A stretch of DNA of 64,000 bases, from assembly GCA_031556235.1 (NCBI GenBank), contig JAVBTH010000001.1, positions 590,763-654,762 of the forward strand. The letters run 5' to 3'. The stretch's first letter is position 1, and each line of letters begins with the position of its first letter. This DNA comes from Bacilli bacterium. Its GTDB lineage: Bacteria > Bacillota_I > Bacilli_A > RFN20 > CAG-826. The position numbers and the translations under genes were made by a program. The notes beneath the pieces were generated by a model. That model ran no database searches. It was not told the DNA's origin and saw nothing but the letters and a program-made list of their open reading frames with translations. Shown here one piece after another: positions 24,764 to 34,421 of the stretch.

Positions 24764-25768
24764 ATGAAAGTACTATTACATTTTGAAAAAGAGAAGTTAC
24801 TACGACAAAGTGGTATTGGTCGTGCTTTAAGGCATCAAAAGAAAGCACTGCGAAGTGCTGGTATTGAATATACGCAAAGCACTACTGATTCATTTGATTT
24901 AGTACACACGAATACTCTTTTTGGAAAGTCTTTTAGAATGATGCGAAAGTTTCAAAAAAAAGGTGTGCCTGTTATTGTACATGGACATTCTACAATTGAA
25001 GATTTCCGCAACTCTTTTAGAGCTTGGAAGTTAATGGCGCCATTTTTTAATCGGATGATTTTAAAGATGTATCGTAACGCTGATTTGATTATTACACCTA
25101 CTCCTTACTCGAAAAATTTAATCGAAAACTATAAAGGTGTTAGATGCCCAGTCGTAGATGTTTCAAATGGCATCGACTTAGATGAATATACTTACAGTGA
25201 AGAGAAAATAAATAATTTTCGTCAGCACTTTAATTTGTATGATGAAAAAGTAGTTATTGGAATCGGATTATTTTTTGATCGCAAAGGAATTCGCGACTTT
25301 TTTGAAATCGCGAGCCAAATGCCAGAGATAAGATTTATTTGGTTTGGTCATTTAGGAAAATTGTTGACAACTCATAAAGTTAATAAAGCTATTAAAAGAA
25401 GGCCAAAAAATGTCATAATGCCAGGATATATTGATGGCGACATCATCAAAGGTGCTTTGCTAGATGCGGATGCAGTCTTATTTCCAAGTTATGAAGAAAC
25501 AGAAGGAATTGTTATTCTTGAAGGATTAGCTTCAAAAACTCCTGTTATAGTTCGTGATATACCTGTCTATTTTCCATGGTTAAAGCATGATGAAAATGTT
25601 TTAATGGCTAAAAATAATAACGAGTTTATCAACATGATTAATCGTGCAATTAATAAAGATATGTCTGCACTTGTTGAAAATGGCTATAAAGTTGTGCAAG
25701 CAAGAACAATTGAATTAGTTGGAGAAAGATTTAAAGAAGTGTATGAAAAAGTTTTAAAGGCGAATTAA
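24764..25768 (+). CDS. GT4-family glycosyltransferase
   Basis: GT-B fold with FPSYEETEGIVILEGLASKTPVIV (EX7E). Confidence 0.8.
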   Translation: MKVLLHFEKEKLLRQSGIGRALRHQKKALRSAGIEYTQSTTDSFDLVHTNTLFGKSFRMMRKFQKKGVPVIVHGHSTIEDFRNSFRAWKLMAPFFNRMILKMYRNADLIITPTPYSKNLIENYKGVRCPVVDVSNGIDLDEYTYSEEKINNFRQHFNLYDEKVVIGIGLFFDRKGIRDFFEIASQMPEIRFIWFGHLGKLLTTHKVNKAIKRRPKNVIMPGYIDGDIIKGALLDADAVLFPSYEETEGIVILEGLASKTPVIVRDIPVYFPWLKHDENVLMAKNNNEFINMINRAINKDMSALVENGYKVVQARTIELVGERFKEVYEKVLKAN

Positions 25769-26595
25769 AAGATAAAAGAGATTAAAATTGTCAGTGTTCC
25801 TGCAATTAAACAATATATAGAGAAATACCAGAGTTTACCTTTACTAATTATTTTTAAAAGTAATTTTAAACTTAAATAAGTAGTGAGAGCACTTATGATA
25901 ATGCCTATCAAATATGGAATTAAGAGATCGTAATTAAAGGAGGAGACTCCTTTTTTTATATCTAATAATTCTACAAATAATGCGCCCACTGTAATAGGAA
26001 TGAACATTAGAAAAGCGTATTTTGCTGAATCGCTATTTGTAATCTTTTGGTTTTTTGCTCCCGATATTGTTATCCCACTTCGCGAAATGCCAGGCACTAT
26101 ACCAACAGCTTGAAAAAGGCCAATAATCACTGCGTTTTTATAAGTCATTTCATTAATAGATTTACTTCCTTTTATCTTTCCGCTGAAATAAAGGATGGTT
26201 GCTGTAATAATTAAGCCGATTCCTATAAAAATAATGTTGGCAAAAACGCTCTCAATTGCCGATTTAAGCAACATACCTAATAACGCAGCGGGAATTGTAG
26301 ACACGATTAATAATGTGCCAAGTTTAAAATTTTTAAACGACTTATCGCGAGTTTTTTTAATAAAAATATAAGAACAAAAATCTACAGCAATCTCACGTAG
26401 CTCTTTAAAATAAAATATCAACACCGCAATCAGCGATCCAAGGTGTAAAAATATGCTGAGAGTTAAATCGCTAATATTCATACCAAAAAGATATTGAAAT
26501 ATTTGTAGATGACCTGAAGAAGATATGGGGAGTACCTCAGCGATACCCTGCACGATTGCAAGTAAAATGTATTGTAAGTATTCAATGATATGCAT
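25765..26595 (-). CDS. uppP: undecaprenyl-diphosphate phosphatase
   Basis: VLPISSSGHL and PGISRSGITISG motifs; 8-TM protein of 276 aa. Confidence 0.9.
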   Translation of the reverse strand: MHIIEYLQYILLAIVQGIAEVLPISSSGHLQIFQYLFGMNISDLTLSIFLHLGSLIAVLIFYFKELREIAVDFCSYIFIKKTRDKSFKNFKLGTLLIVSTIPAALLGMLLKSAIESVFANIIFIGIGLIITATILYFSGKIKGSKSINEMTYKNAVIIGLFQAVGIVPGISRSGITISGAKNQKITNSDSAKYAFLMFIPITVGALFVELLDIKKGVSSFNYDLLIPYLIGIIISALTTYLSLKLLLKIISKGKLWYFSIYCLIAGTLTILISFIF

Positions 26596-26663
26596 ATTTA
26601 TGTTCCTTTCTTAATCAGTTTATATTATTATTAATATAATTATACGAAAAGAGGTATAAATGT

Positions 26664-27566
26664 ATGAGTAAAGAACAAATTCAATTGACTTGCAAAGATG
26701 GTTTTGTAATTCGTGGACTGGCTTGGAACGTAGAAAAGGCTATTGGTAATGTTGTAATAATTACAGGTATGCAAGAGCATTCTGGCCGTTATGAGGATTT
26801 TGCTAAGTTTTTAAATGAGCATAAGCTTAGTGTTTTCTGCTTGGATCACTTTAATCAAGGTGAAAATGTGCTGGAAGAAGGTATGCTAGGTAAATGGGAA
26901 AAAAGTGGTTTTAGGAAAATGGTCAATCGCGTAGATGAATTAGTTGAAAGATTGAGAATAACTTGCCACCCAACTTATTTATTAGGTCATTCGCTCGGAT
27001 CGTTTATTGCTCAAGATTATATTGAACGTTATAGTACACACATTAAAAAAGTAATCTTAATGGGTAGCTGTGGACCAAGATTTATTACAAAAGTCGGCGG
27101 ATTACTTTCTAGAATAATGGTGCACAATAGCAATTATCACAAAGATGCTAAACTATTGAAAACACTTACTTTCGGATCTTTTAACAAAAAAGTTCAAAAT
27201 AAGAAAACTGAATTTGACTGGCTCTCTGTGAATGAAGAAAACGTTCAAAACTATAGTTCTGACCCACTCTGTGGCGTCGACGTGAGTAATGGATTTTACA
27301 AAGAATTTCTTAAAGGCTTGAATCGTCTAAACATCCCAAGATTTCTAAGAAAAATCAGAAGAAGCCTGCCAATCCTTATTGTTTCAGGAAAAGAAGATCC
27401 TGTCGGATTATATGGAAAAGGCGTTGAAAAACTTGCAAAAGTCTATAGAAAACAAGATATTGTAAACTTAGAAGTAATTATTTATGATAATATGCGTCAT
27501 GAAATACTATTTGAGGAAAACAAGGAACGAGTCTATCAAGATATTTTGGAATTTATATTGAAATAA
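26664..27566 (+). CDS. alpha/beta hydrolase (lysophospholipase/monoacylglycerol-lipase-like)
   Basis: Nucleophile elbow GHSLGS and a C-terminal H in DNMRHEIL. Confidence 0.75.
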   Translation: MSKEQIQLTCKDGFVIRGLAWNVEKAIGNVVIITGMQEHSGRYEDFAKFLNEHKLSVFCLDHFNQGENVLEEGMLGKWEKSGFRKMVNRVDELVERLRITCHPTYLLGHSLGSFIAQDYIERYSTHIKKVILMGSCGPRFITKVGGLLSRIMVHNSNYHKDAKLLKTLTFGSFNKKVQNKKTEFDWLSVNEENVQNYSSDPLCGVDVSNGFYKEFLKGLNRLNIPRFLRKIRRSLPILIVSGKEDPVGLYGKGVEKLAKVYRKQDIVNLEVIIYDNMRHEILFEENKERVYQDILEFILK

Positions 27567-27602
27567 TATGGATTTGCTGAAGTAAACAACTATATTAACA
27601 AG

Positions 27603-27628
27603 AAAATACCGCAGGTGCGGTATTTTTA
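27603..27628. terminator. bidirectional intrinsic terminator
   Basis: AAAATACCGC-AGGT-GCGGTATTTT between convergent genes. Confidence 0.8.
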
Positions 27629-28009
27629 TTTCTTATAATAGTAAACTTCAGGATTTGAATTTTTAACTTTCATCGCGCTACCTTCATATACGACATATAA
27701 TACGGAAACGTGTCCGTCCACTAGAGGATTTGGTTTTCGAATATCGACGACATTTTTGAAATCTGCTGTAGCGTTTCTTTGCCAGGTGCACCATGGCTCA
27801 GAAGTCACATTAATTTCTCCGTTTGGAAGATGTTCGTTATATGTAAATGAACAAGTATTATCTATTTTAAGCACAAAAGTACTTACTAATTTATTTCCAT
27901 TTTTATTTGTACTTTCATTTTCGTATGTCCCTAAAATGCTGTCACAAGAAGTGGCTAGTGTTGATAAAATGATTACTCCTGAAATTAAAGCAAGGTTTTT
28001 AATATTCAT
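27626..28009 (-). CDS. hypothetical lipoprotein
   Basis: SD AGGAG lies 7 nt before ATG 28009. Signal peptide with lipobox LATSC. Confidence 0.55.
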   Translation of the reverse strand: MNIKNLALISGVIILSTLATSCDSILGTYENESTNKNGNKLVSTFVLKIDNTCSFTYNEHLPNGEINVTSEPWCTWQRNATADFKNVVDIRKPNPLVDGHVSVLYVVYEGSAMKVKNSNPEVYYYKK

Positions 28010-28112
28010 AAGAATTCTCCTATTGAAAATATTATATAGCATTTTTTGTTAAAACACAAAGCCATTTTAATAAAGTCAAAAATGCACTAAAGTGCTGCCT
28101 ATATAGCGTAAA

Positions 28113-28132
28113 ATAATAATATATATTATTAT
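28113..28132. promoter_or_regulatory. perfect 20-nt AT palindrome (candidate operator)
   Basis: ATAATAATATATATTATTAT is its own reverse complement. It ends 1 nt before the -35 of the glycan-locus promoter. Confidence 0.4.
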
Positions 28133-28133
28133 A

Positions 28134-28162
28134 TTGCAGTTAATTCGTTATTTTACTATAAT
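28134..28162 (+). promoter_or_regulatory. sigma-A-type promoter of the glycan locus
   Basis: TTGCAG, 17-nt spacer, TATAAT, lying 27 nt upstream of ATG 28189. Confidence 0.55.
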
Positions 28163-28188
28163 TAAATAATAGGCCGGAGGTCGTCAAT

Positions 28189-31100
28189 ATGAATAGTATT
28201 TTAACGAGTTTTAATGGAAAAGTTAAGAATATAGCAAAGAGCATTAAATCAAAGTTGAATTTAAATAAACTATATAGCATTTTAATATTCTCTTTAATGT
28301 TCCTATATGGCTTAGATTTTCTTTCTGTTTCCTCTGTGTTTCTAGTCTTATTAATTGTCGTTTTTTCAATCAAAATGATTTTTACGGGTGAAATAGTAAC
28401 ATCACCGTATTTTTTTATCATTGCGATTTTTGGCATATCATATTTTGCGCTAGATGCGTTTAATTTTGGATTTAAAATCAACCATTTTATTCAATATTGC
28501 ATCGCTCCAGTAGTTTTCTATGAAATGGGACTTAATATATACAAGACTTATAAAGACAAGAATAAAGCACTATTTAATATGATATTTGCCTTTTTGCTAG
28601 GATTTACTATGCACGGACTCTTAAATATGGTCGCAAGAGTATTTGGTTTCGGGCTTTTGGGAAACGCTCGCGCTGCAATTGACATTTGGACTGGTGAAAT
28701 CGTTGTATCTACTGGCGTTGGTTCGATCTTATCGCCGTTAGCGTCTTTATTTTTTCCGATAGTTTTTATTAGGTTCAATGGCAAAAGATGGTACCACGTT
28801 TTGGGAATCATATTTATATTTGTCGCGACATTGTGGTCCGCGCTTTCACTTTCTAACCGCGGAGAATTAGTGATACTGATTCTTGGTCCAATGATTGGAC
28901 TACTTTACGTGCTTATTAGTGATAAAAAGCAACGTCGTAAAGTATTGATCGTTTTAGGAATTGTGCTAGTTGGAATTATAGGCGCTGTTGTCGCTTACAA
29001 AATGAATTTATTTGGAATTGAAAAAATTCTGGCAAAAATTCCAATTGTTCAACGGATTCTTAAAAACCCTATGTCGTTTTTTGATACTCCTAGATTAAAG
29101 ATATATAGCGATTTTCTCAAACAATTCCTTAATTTCCCACTTGGTGGAAAGAAGATTACACTGCCGGCAGGCGAAGGATATTGCCATAATGTTTGGCTAG
29201 ATATTTACTATACTGTAGGCGCTATACCAGCAGGATTATTCTTAATAATAACTTTTGCGTTTGTTAAACGCATTATAACTATTTGCATCTTAGGAAAAGA
29301 TACTTTCATTAAAGTTGTTACTGTCTGTCTTATGTCGACCATGTTCTTAGTATTCATGATCGAACCAATTATGCAATCTTCTATTTATCTGTTCTTATTT
29401 ATTTTCGTAGTATTTGGCATGATGGACGCAATGCACAAAGATTTGGTTGGTGTGTTTATAACGCGTTATCGTCGTCCACTTCCTGAAGATGGCAAATTGA
29501 AAGTAGCGTTTGTGTCAAATCACTTATCTATTCATCAAGTTACCTTATGTAAGGAACTAATAAGAATATATGGTGAAAACTTTACTTTTGTTGAAAGACA
29601 ATCACATGAAAATAGATTAATATCTTTAGATGAACATTCTTACATCATTGAGCAATGCGCTGTCAACATGTCTGATAACTCTGAAAAAGCAAAGCAAGTC
29701 ATTGACGATGCTGATATTTTGATATATGGTTCAGCTCCAAGTAAGGCAATTTTAAGACAGCTTAAAAGAGGTAAAGTTGTGTTTAGATATTCTGAAAGAC
29801 TTTATAAAACCGGTAAAATGTATGAATACTTTTCGCCAAGAGCGATTATTAGTCAGTTTAGAAATTATCACCGCTTAAGTAGATATAAACTTTATTACTT
29901 ATGCGCAAGCGCTTATACCTCATACGATTTATCAAGATTCGGAACAAGTGAAAATAGATGTTATAAATGGGGATATTATTCAATTGATAGTCAATTTGAA
30001 AGTTTTGAAGAACTTTTTGCACAAAAGAACAAAACTGAAACGACAGAAATATTATTTATCAACCGATTGCTTGACTGGAAACATCCAGAAAAATGTATTG
30101 TTGTGGCAAGGCACCTTAAAGAAAAAAACATTCCATTTAATATGAAAATAGTCGGCAAGGGCGAAGAAAAAATGGTAAGTTTTTTACAAAACGAAATTCT
30201 TATAGCAGGACTGAGAGATTTTGTCACATTAGTCGGTGCGGTTAGCAATGCGGAAGTTTTGGAAATGATGAAAAACGCGAATATAGTTTTTGCAAGTTCT
30301 GATTATGGCGAAGGATGGGGCGTTTGTGTCAACGAGGGAATGAGCAATGGCTGCGTTGTTGTAGCTAGTCATTCGCATGGATCGGTGCCATATTTGATTG
30401 AAGACAAAGTAAATGGTATTGTTTATAATTTCGACGATGATAAAGACATGTGCCGTCAAGTTGAAAGAATATGTAATGATAAAATGCTGCAAGAAGAAAT
30501 TGGTCGAAATGCTTTTAATACAATGAAAGAAAAGTGGAATGCGAAATACGCAGCAGATAAATTGAGCTACGTTATTGATCAAATTGTGCATAATCTACCA
30601 ATAGAAATTGAAGACCAATCAGGTCCGTTAGGAAAAGCAGAGGTTATTAAGCAAAATTGGTTTAGTAGAAAGAAAAGAAAGAATGTAATAGCTAATTCAG
30701 TTGATAAAGTAAATAAGACTGTAGAAAGCGGATCACAAATAAAAAAAGCTGCAGTCGTTTCTTACATTGCTGTATTCGTGAATATTATCACTGGACTACT
30801 TTATTTGCCTTGGATGGTCAAAACTATTGGCGAAGAAAAGTACGGAATATATTTAATCGCGCTTTCAATAATTAGTATGATTGCTTTGGACTTTGGGCTT
30901 GGCGATGCGATTGCCAAATTCTTAGCAAAATTCAAAGCAGAAAATGATACTCGTAAAGCTAGTGATTTCTTAGGTGTAATTTATAAAATATTCTTTATTC
31001 TCGGATTTATTATATTCGTAATACTCCTTGTGATATTTATTTTTATTAAGACGCTTTATGGAAAAAATCTCAGCGCTGAGTTGTTGCATCAACTTAAAGT

Positions 31101-32262
31101 AGTCTTTGTAATTGTTGGCTCTTTCTCAGTATTCTCGTTTGTGTGTCGCCCAATGGATTCGATTTTTGTAGCCAATGAAAAATTTACCGCTCAAAAGATT
31201 ATTAATCTTATTCATCGAATTCTGATTGTAGTTCTTGTTGTTGTATCGCTTTTACTTGGTGGAGACTTATATGCAGTCGTTCTTGCAAACGTGGTATCAG
31301 GTTTAGTTACAATCGTCATGAGATATTTCTATTTAAAGAAAAATGTAAATATCAAAATTAATTTTAAAAAGCGAGATCCTGAAATAGTAAAAACGATATT
31401 TAGCTTTACAGTTTGGGTAACCATTACGATGTTAGCTCAAAGATTAATTCTTAACATAACACCGACGATACTTAAAAATATGAGTACAGATTACGAATTA
31501 ACTAGATGGGGTCTAGGTGCCTCAATTGAATCATATGTCTTTATCTTATCTTCAACACTCAATGGATTATTACTTCCAAAACTGAGCAGAATGGATGCCA
31601 GTAATGCAACTTCTGAACAGTATACAAAGTTATTAATTCGCGTTGGACGTATACAAATGTTTGTATCTTGTTTGCTTGTGGGAGGGTTTATTGCACTTGG
31701 AAGAGGATTCGTGACTGTTTGGATGAAATCGCCAAATTACGATGTCACTTATTATGTAACAATGTTTTTAATAATTCCAAGTTTAGTGACAAATTCCTTA
31801 CATACTGGACTGACACTCTTAGTTGTTAAAAATAAGATTAAGTATCAAACTATTAGCGTTGTAGTCAGCGCAGTCATATGTCTTGTTGCTAATGTATTGT
31901 TATCAGGACCATATGGCGCGACCGGCTCTGCAATTGGAATTATGGCTGGGTTATTGATTGGAAACGTAGTATTACAAAGTTTTTTCCTTTCAAAACAAGC
32001 TAACATAAAAATGTTTTCTTTCTATAAATCTGTACATTTAAAATACATTCTCCAATTTGCCGTTATTGTCGCGATTGGCTTAGGAATTGAATATGTTATT
32101 CCAACTCAAGGATGGATGTTCTTCGTGATAAAAGGATGTATGTTCGTAATTGTTTATGGAGTTATTACGTGGTTTACCGCGATGAACAAAGAAGAAAAGA
32201 GCATTATTTTACCAGCAATTAGACAAATCAGTAATATTTTGGACAAGGTTAATGAATATTAA
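28189..32262 (+). CDS. tripartite fusion: O-antigen ligase/polymerase-like (Wzy_C) + GT-B glycosyltransferase + Wzx/MOP flippase
   Basis: Single 1357-codon ORF with SD GGAGG. Contains LSNRGE and GYCHNVWLDIYYTVGAIPAG (Wzy_C-like), EGWGVCVNEGMSNG (EX7E), and a C-terminal ~500-aa polytopic Polysacc_synt-like region. Confidence 0.8.
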   Translation: MNSILTSFNGKVKNIAKSIKSKLNLNKLYSILIFSLMFLYGLDFLSVSSVFLVLLIVVFSIKMIFTGEIVTSPYFFIIAIFGISYFALDAFNFGFKINHFIQYCIAPVVFYEMGLNIYKTYKDKNKALFNMIFAFLLGFTMHGLLNMVARVFGFGLLGNARAAIDIWTGEIVVSTGVGSILSPLASLFFPIVFIRFNGKRWYHVLGIIFIFVATLWSALSLSNRGELVILILGPMIGLLYVLISDKKQRRKVLIVLGIVLVGIIGAVVAYKMNLFGIEKILAKIPIVQRILKNPMSFFDTPRLKIYSDFLKQFLNFPLGGKKITLPAGEGYCHNVWLDIYYTVGAIPAGLFLIITFAFVKRIITICILGKDTFIKVVTVCLMSTMFLVFMIEPIMQSSIYLFLFIFVVFGMMDAMHKDLVGVFITRYRRPLPEDGKLKVAFVSNHLSIHQVTLCKELIRIYGENFTFVERQSHENRLISLDEHSYIIEQCAVNMSDNSEKAKQVIDDADILIYGSAPSKAILRQLKRGKVVFRYSERLYKTGKMYEYFSPRAIISQFRNYHRLSRYKLYYLCASAYTSYDLSRFGTSENRCYKWGYYSIDSQFESFEELFAQKNKTETTEILFINRLLDWKHPEKCIVVARHLKEKNIPFNMKIVGKGEEKMVSFLQNEILIAGLRDFVTLVGAVSNAEVLEMMKNANIVFASSDYGEGWGVCVNEGMSNGCVVVASHSHGSVPYLIEDKVNGIVYNFDDDKDMCRQVERICNDKMLQEEIGRNAFNTMKEKWNAKYAADKLSYVIDQIVHNLPIEIEDQSGPLGKAEVIKQNWFSRKKRKNVIANSVDKVNKTVESGSQIKKAAVVSYIAVFVNIITGLLYLPWMVKTIGEEKYGIYLIALSIISMIALDFGLGDAIAKFLAKFKAENDTRKASDFLGVIYKIFFILGFIIFVILLVIFIFIKTLYGKNLSAELLHQLKVVFVIVGSFSVFSFVCRPMDSIFVANEKFTAQKIINLIHRILIVVLVVVSLLLGGDLYAVVLANVVSGLVTIVMRYFYLKKNVNIKINFKKRDPEIVKTIFSFTVWVTITMLAQRLILNITPTILKNMSTDYELTRWGLGASIESYVFILSSTLNGLLLPKLSRMDASNATSEQYTKLLIRVGRIQMFVSCLLVGGFIALGRGFVTVWMKSPNYDVTYYVTMFLIIPSLVTNSLHTGLTLLVVKNKIKYQTISVVVSAVICLVANVLLSGPYGATGSAIGIMAGLLIGNVVLQSFFLSKQANIKMFSFYKSVHLKYILQFAVIVAIGLGIEYVIPTQGWMFFVIKGCMFVIVYGVITWFTAMNKEEKSIILPAIRQISNILDKVNEY

Positions 32263-32297
32263 AAATTGTTTAAACAATGAAAATGGAGGATTAAAAC

Positions 32298-33308
32298 ATG
32301 GAATTTAAAAACAAAGTACTCATGGTTGTTGGTGGAACAGGATCGTTTGGTAACGCAGTAGTTAAGAGATTCTTGAAGACTGACATTAAAGAAATACGTA
32401 TCTTATCGCGAGATGAGAAAAAGCAAGATGATATGCGTAAGTTTTATAATAATGATAAGTTGAAATTCTATATTGGAGATGTGCGAGATTATGCATCGAT
32501 TGATAATGCTTTTCGCGGTGTTGATTATGTATTTCACGCTGCTGCTTTAAAGCAAGTCCCATCTTGTGAATTCTATCCAATGGAAGCTGTTAAAACAAAT
32601 ATCATCGGCAGTGATAATGTTATTACTGCTTGTGTTAACCATAGCGTGGAAAAAGCTATCTTTTTATCCACGGATAAAGCTGCTTATCCAATTAATGCGA
32701 TGGGAATATCAAAAGCAATGATGGAAAAAAATGTCGTAGCTAGAAGCCGTCAGTTATTACCGGGTGATACAGTTCTTTGTCTAACTCGTTACGGCAACGT
32801 GATGGCGTCACGTGGATCGGTTATTCCATTATTCTTAGAACAAATTGCTTTAAATCAACCGATAACAGTAACTAATCCAGAGATGACAAGATTTATGATG
32901 ACCCTTGATGAAGCGGTTGATCTAGTTCTCTATGCATTTGAATTTGGAGAACAGGGTGATTTATTCGTTCAAAAGGCTCCATCTGCGACCATTGACGTGT
33001 TAGCTAAAGCTGTTTTGTCTTTATGCAAATCCAACGTTGGCGTGTCATATATCGGCACAAGACATGGAGAAAAACTATATGAAGTTTTAGTCACTGCTGA
33101 AGAAATGTCAAAATCAAGTGACCTCGGCGAGTATTATCGCATTCCCGCTGACAATCGTGATTTGAATTATAATAAATATGTCGAGAAGGGTAATAAGCGT
33201 ATTGAAGTTGCACAAGAATATCATTCACATAATACGAAACTATTAACTGTCGAGGAAATGAAAAAGAAACTATTAGAACTTGACCTGTTTGAAGAAGAGG
33301 TACAATAA
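32298..33308 (+). CDS. fnlA: UDP-GlcNAc 4,6-dehydratase/5-epimerase (FnlA/CapE/WbjB-like)
   Basis: GGTGSFGN Rossmann motif; 336 aa; first gene of a conserved three-gene order. Confidence 0.88.
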   Translation: MEFKNKVLMVVGGTGSFGNAVVKRFLKTDIKEIRILSRDEKKQDDMRKFYNNDKLKFYIGDVRDYASIDNAFRGVDYVFHAAALKQVPSCEFYPMEAVKTNIIGSDNVITACVNHSVEKAIFLSTDKAAYPINAMGISKAMMEKNVVARSRQLLPGDTVLCLTRYGNVMASRGSVIPLFLEQIALNQPITVTNPEMTRFMMTLDEAVDLVLYAFEFGEQGDLFVQKAPSATIDVLAKAVLSLCKSNVGVSYIGTRHGEKLYEVLVTAEEMSKSSDLGEYYRIPADNRDLNYNKYVEKGNKRIEVAQEYHSHNTKLLTVEEMKKKLLELDLFEEEVQ

Positions 33309-34420
33309 TGAAAATACTAGTTACTGGTGCGAAAGGATTTGTTGGAAAGAATATAAGCCACGAACTTATTAACCAACAGTTTGAAGTGCTTCCGATTGAT
33401 ATTGATGATAATGAAGAAACTTTATCATCTTATATTAATGAAGCGGATTTTGTCGTGCATCTTGCAGGAGCAAATCGCCCATTGACTACCGAAGAATTCT
33501 ATTCTGGAAATGCAAATTTTACATTTAAGCTATGTGAATTGCTTAAAAAGGAAAATAGGCAAATCCCAATTATTTTTTCTTCAACAATTCAAGCCGCAAA
33601 AGACAACGATTATGGTAAAAGTAAAAAAATGGCGGAGGATTACTTAATAGATTTTGGAAAAAACAATAAGTGCCCCGTATATATATATAGATTGTCCAAT
33701 GTATTTGGCAAGTGGTGTCGCCCAAACTATAATTCGGTTGTAGCGACGTTTTGCCATAATATCACACATGATTTACCGATTACTATTAATGATGAAAACG
33801 CCTTAATTACATTTGTTTATATTGATGATATTGTTAAGGAATTTATTGATGTTATTAAAGGCTTTGTCAAAGTTGATGTTGCTTCTCAATATTTGGAAGT
33901 AAGACCATTATACGAAGTTACATTAGGCAAATTAGCGCAATTATTATATAAATTCAAAGAATCTCGTAAAACGCTAAATGTCGCAGATACGAGTGGAGGT
34001 TTTGAAACTAAATTATACGCAACATACCTAAGTTACATTGAACCAACAGACTATGCTTATGAACTTAAAATGAATGTTGATAATCGTGGATCATTTACTG
34101 AGTTTATAAAAACGGCAAGTGCTGGGCAATACTCAATTAATGTAGCGCATCCAGGAATTGCTAAAGGGCAACATTGGCATCATAGCAAAAATGAAAAGTT
34201 TTTAGTAGTTGCGGGGAAAGCTATCATAAAACTTCGACAAATAGATAGTGAAGAGATTTATGAATATATCGTATCTGGAGAAAAACTTACAGTAGTGGAT
34301 ATCCCTGTTGGATATACGCACTCAATCACAAATATTGGAGACGTCGATTTAGTGACAGTCATGTGGGCGAGTGAGTCGTTTAATAAAGATAAACCTGACA
34401 CATACTTTTTGGAGGTATAA
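33308..34420 (+). CDS. fnlB: FnlB/CapF/WbjC-like reductase-epimerase (SDR plus C-terminal cupin)
   Basis: ILVTGAKGFVGKN; C-terminal cupin-like GQHWHHSKNEKF; 370 aa. Start and stop overlap with fnlA. Confidence 0.82.
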   Translation: MKILVTGAKGFVGKNISHELINQQFEVLPIDIDDNEETLSSYINEADFVVHLAGANRPLTTEEFYSGNANFTFKLCELLKKENRQIPIIFSSTIQAAKDNDYGKSKKMAEDYLIDFGKNNKCPVYIYRLSNVFGKWCRPNYNSVVATFCHNITHDLPITINDENALITFVYIDDIVKEFIDVIKGFVKVDVASQYLEVRPLYEVTLGKLAQLLYKFKESRKTLNVADTSGGFETKLYATYLSYIEPTDYAYELKMNVDNRGSFTEFIKTASAGQYSINVAHPGIAKGQHWHHSKNEKFLVVAGKAIIKLRQIDSEEIYEYIVSGEKLTVVDIPVGYTHSITNIGDVDLVTVMWASESFNKDKPDTYFLEV

Positions 34421-34421
34421 C

